In this document: piece after piece, positions 61,347 to 64,000 of the stretch | Layout: each line of letters starts with the position of its first letter | Position numbering within the stretch: the first letter of the stretch is position 1 | Origin: the human T2T-CHM13v2.0 reference genome, Homo sapiens | Length of the DNA: 64,000 nt | Assembly: GCF_009914755.1 (NCBI RefSeq) | Contig: NC_060944.1 | Reading direction: 5' to 3' (one strand) | Translations under genes and position numbers: made by a program | The notes under the pieces: model-generated | Told to the model about the DNA's origin: nothing | The model's database searches: none | The model's input: the letters and a program-made list of their open reading frames with translations, nothing else

Positions 61347-64000
61347 TGTTTACTATGAGCTACAGTGTTTACGAATTCAGTTTTAATAGGGCCAGTTGCA
61401 GGACTTTCAGTATGTGATAACTCCTGAAAAAGTGGTGAGAAGATTTTATTCTTCCCCTCCTCTTCACTTTATTTTCAATCATTAGAGGTTGTGACTTGAG
61501 GCATTTCCTTTTATTGGCTTTTTCCTCCATCATGATCAAGAAACTGATTTATGCCAAAGTCAGAATGAGTCAGACAATAAGAAACCAAAGTGTATTTGGA
61601 CCAGGGAGCAAGGATGTATTGAAATGAGTCCCAGCAAACTCTCTGTTTCTGGGTGTTTAACCACATGCAAACAGGATGGGATGGTGGCTTCACAAGGGTG
61701 TGGTTCTTCCACCTCTCCTCCCACAAACTCCCCTTCCTCTCTTTCCCCCCGCATGTGTTTCAAATTGGAGCAATGGTGGGTGGGAGAAGCAAGAGCTGCC
61801 CTGTGAACTATAAATAGTAAAGCCAAGAATTCTGAGTGTTGGAGGAGGGGAGGTGGAGGGAGATAGCAGGGTGAGGGAGGTGGGAAGCTACTCAAATGTA
61901 ATCATTTGCATTGCTTCAAACCAAACCAACTTCTGCAGTATATTAAGAGTATCGAGTAAATATGTGGCCAGCCTCAAACCCAACCTGAAAAAAAAGAAGC
62001 TATAATGGAGATGGTCCCTGATAGATAGTCACCTCCCTTAACTTTTTGGAAAAATACAGTTATAGTCAGGGCTAATGTGGACCAAAACCCATGGAAAGAT
62101 TGATGGAAATTCATTTTTAAAAAGCCACACACATGAAAATAATTTACACAGGAGGCTTTCTGCACCACAGCTGTGCTGCTTATTTATTTTGGACCAGTTT
62201 CTGCAAAAAGTGGTACAAAAAATGGACTCAATTCTTGCTTGATAGCCTTACGAATGTCAAATTAGTCCCCTGAACTCAATACCCTCTTTCCTGAATAGGC
62301 TGTTGTTTAAAGGAAGATGGGTCTTCAGTGTCTCCAGGTATTCATTTCTTTAGCATGTACTTTAAGGCTCCACCCTAGAATCTCATAATTTTCAATCTAA
62401 GTAACTCTTGGTCCTATTTCTCCTGCAACTTAAATATACCAAAAGATAAAGAGTGGGAGACAGAGGAATGTATAGGACAACTGCTTAGTGTGTGAGCCTG
62501 CCTCTACCTTAGCTGGAAGAGGTACTTATAAAGAGTCCTCCTAGACCCATGAAAGTTATACAAAAGAATTATCTTGAGCATGATTGCCCCACCCCAGACC
62601 ATAGACTTCGGAGGATAGTGTTGTACCTGCTTTGACGCTTGCTGAATTTCCTCTAAACCCCTGAGCCAGGATGAGGCAAGTGGTTTATGGGAGTTCCAAT
62701 GCACCTTGCAGGGTGGGATATCCATTCCACCTTGAAATTGAGTAGAGCTTGGTGCCTCAAAGCCAGCCAACACATGTGTGAGGGTGTGACATTTATTTAA
62801 GGGATTTGGAGACCAAGGCTTCATACACATGCAATCAGAGGCTTCTGGTGTCAGTATTCTTTGAATTATCCCCTGGCAAAGAAGGAGATGTGGATTGATA
62901 CATCAAAACTTGGCCTTTGTGTAAGGGGCATGTTTGTATGGTTCTAATCTGGTTCATAGTCATATTCATTATTACGATTTATCCACTGTCTTTCTTCTAT
63001 GTTGCCAAAGTGTTCCTTGGCCAATCTAGAATTATAGTGAATTAACTCTTTTAGGTCAATGCAAAGTTCATCTCTTAGGTTGCCTCCCCATAGGATAGAC
63101 TTGTTTTAAAGAAGAACTTATTCCCTCAAGAGATGCACTTGTCATTTATTATGAGAGCTTTTGTTATATCTCTAAAGGGAGAGATGGCTGTTGAGGTTAC
63201 TTTCTGTGTCTAACACAGAGCCTTAGACATAAGAGGTTTAAGGATAATACACTTCTTTTATGGATCACTGTATTAAAACACAAGGAAACAAAATAATGCT
63301 TATAAGTCATCTAGTTTTTCTAGAATAAGCTTTAAAATATTGCTGAATACATTCAATAACACCATCCTTTTTTCATTGTACATGCTACATGTTGTTGAAA
63401 ATCAATTTTGGCAGGCATTAAAACTCCCATTGACCCGGGCCAATATATTTAACTCAACCAGGTTGTTTTCTCTGATTTACAATTTTCTCTTTTTTTTTTT
63501 TGCCAAGTTTATATTAAAAGAATTAGAAACCATAAAATTAAAATCTTACAAAGCAAGCATTTTTTTCCTCCCTCATTAACCTATCAATATAGATGTCAAG
63601 TTCTATTTCATGAGCAGAACCCTTGCATGCACAGCCACTGAAGAGTCAGCTCACTTTAAGTTCTCAAAGAATTTTTCATTGAATTTAATATATTTGATAG
63701 GCTCCACTTTACACAATGAGAACAGTAGCCTTTTCTGTTTTCCATTTTTTTTTTAGAAAAGGAAAGATAATAAAGTTGACCTAATGAGACCCAGGAAAGT
63801 TTTGAACTCTCTGAGGTAATACATGAGATATCGTTAGTAAGACTCCTGTCTGTTTCTTGTGAGTGTATTTGAATTTTAACTTGGTAGTTACAAAATGAGA
63901 ACCTAGACGCTGGATCAAAACCTGACCTTAAGATTAATCTTATTTTTGCCTCGAGAGACACAAACATGTTCAGCATGCCACCTTTTGACTGCAGAAAATT

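Overview
AT-rich, CpG-depleted primate (most likely human) non-coding DNA, either intergenic or deep intronic, made largely of interspersed repeats. I found no cellular protein-coding exon, RNA gene or CpG island. Every long ORF is a LINE-1 ORF1/ORF2 remnant; the short ORFs are Alu, LTR or chance ORFs. Contents: three young L1PA insertions, an old L1PA15/16-type copy, L1MA/MB/MC and HAL1 relics, seven Alus and a FLAM, MaLR LTRs (MLT1, MST, THE1, including a two-LTR THE1 provirus), ERV1 solo LTRs (MER57, MER41B), hAT MITEs (MER5, MER3), L2 and MIR. I see no new multi-gene system. The most interesting signals are retrotransposition and repair footprints: (1) a twin-primed L1PA2/3 with a ~1.15 kb RT deletion and an 18-nt 3' transduction; (2) a probable ancient spliced L1 (SpIRE-like 5'UTR junction); (3) two local templated insertions; (4) a possible twin-primed L1MB; (5) a 9-bp tandem array next to an AluY B-box; (6) a MER41B LTR that keeps one STAT1 GAS site. 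Subfamily names come from remembered consensus sequences and need RepeatMasker/Dfam confirmation.
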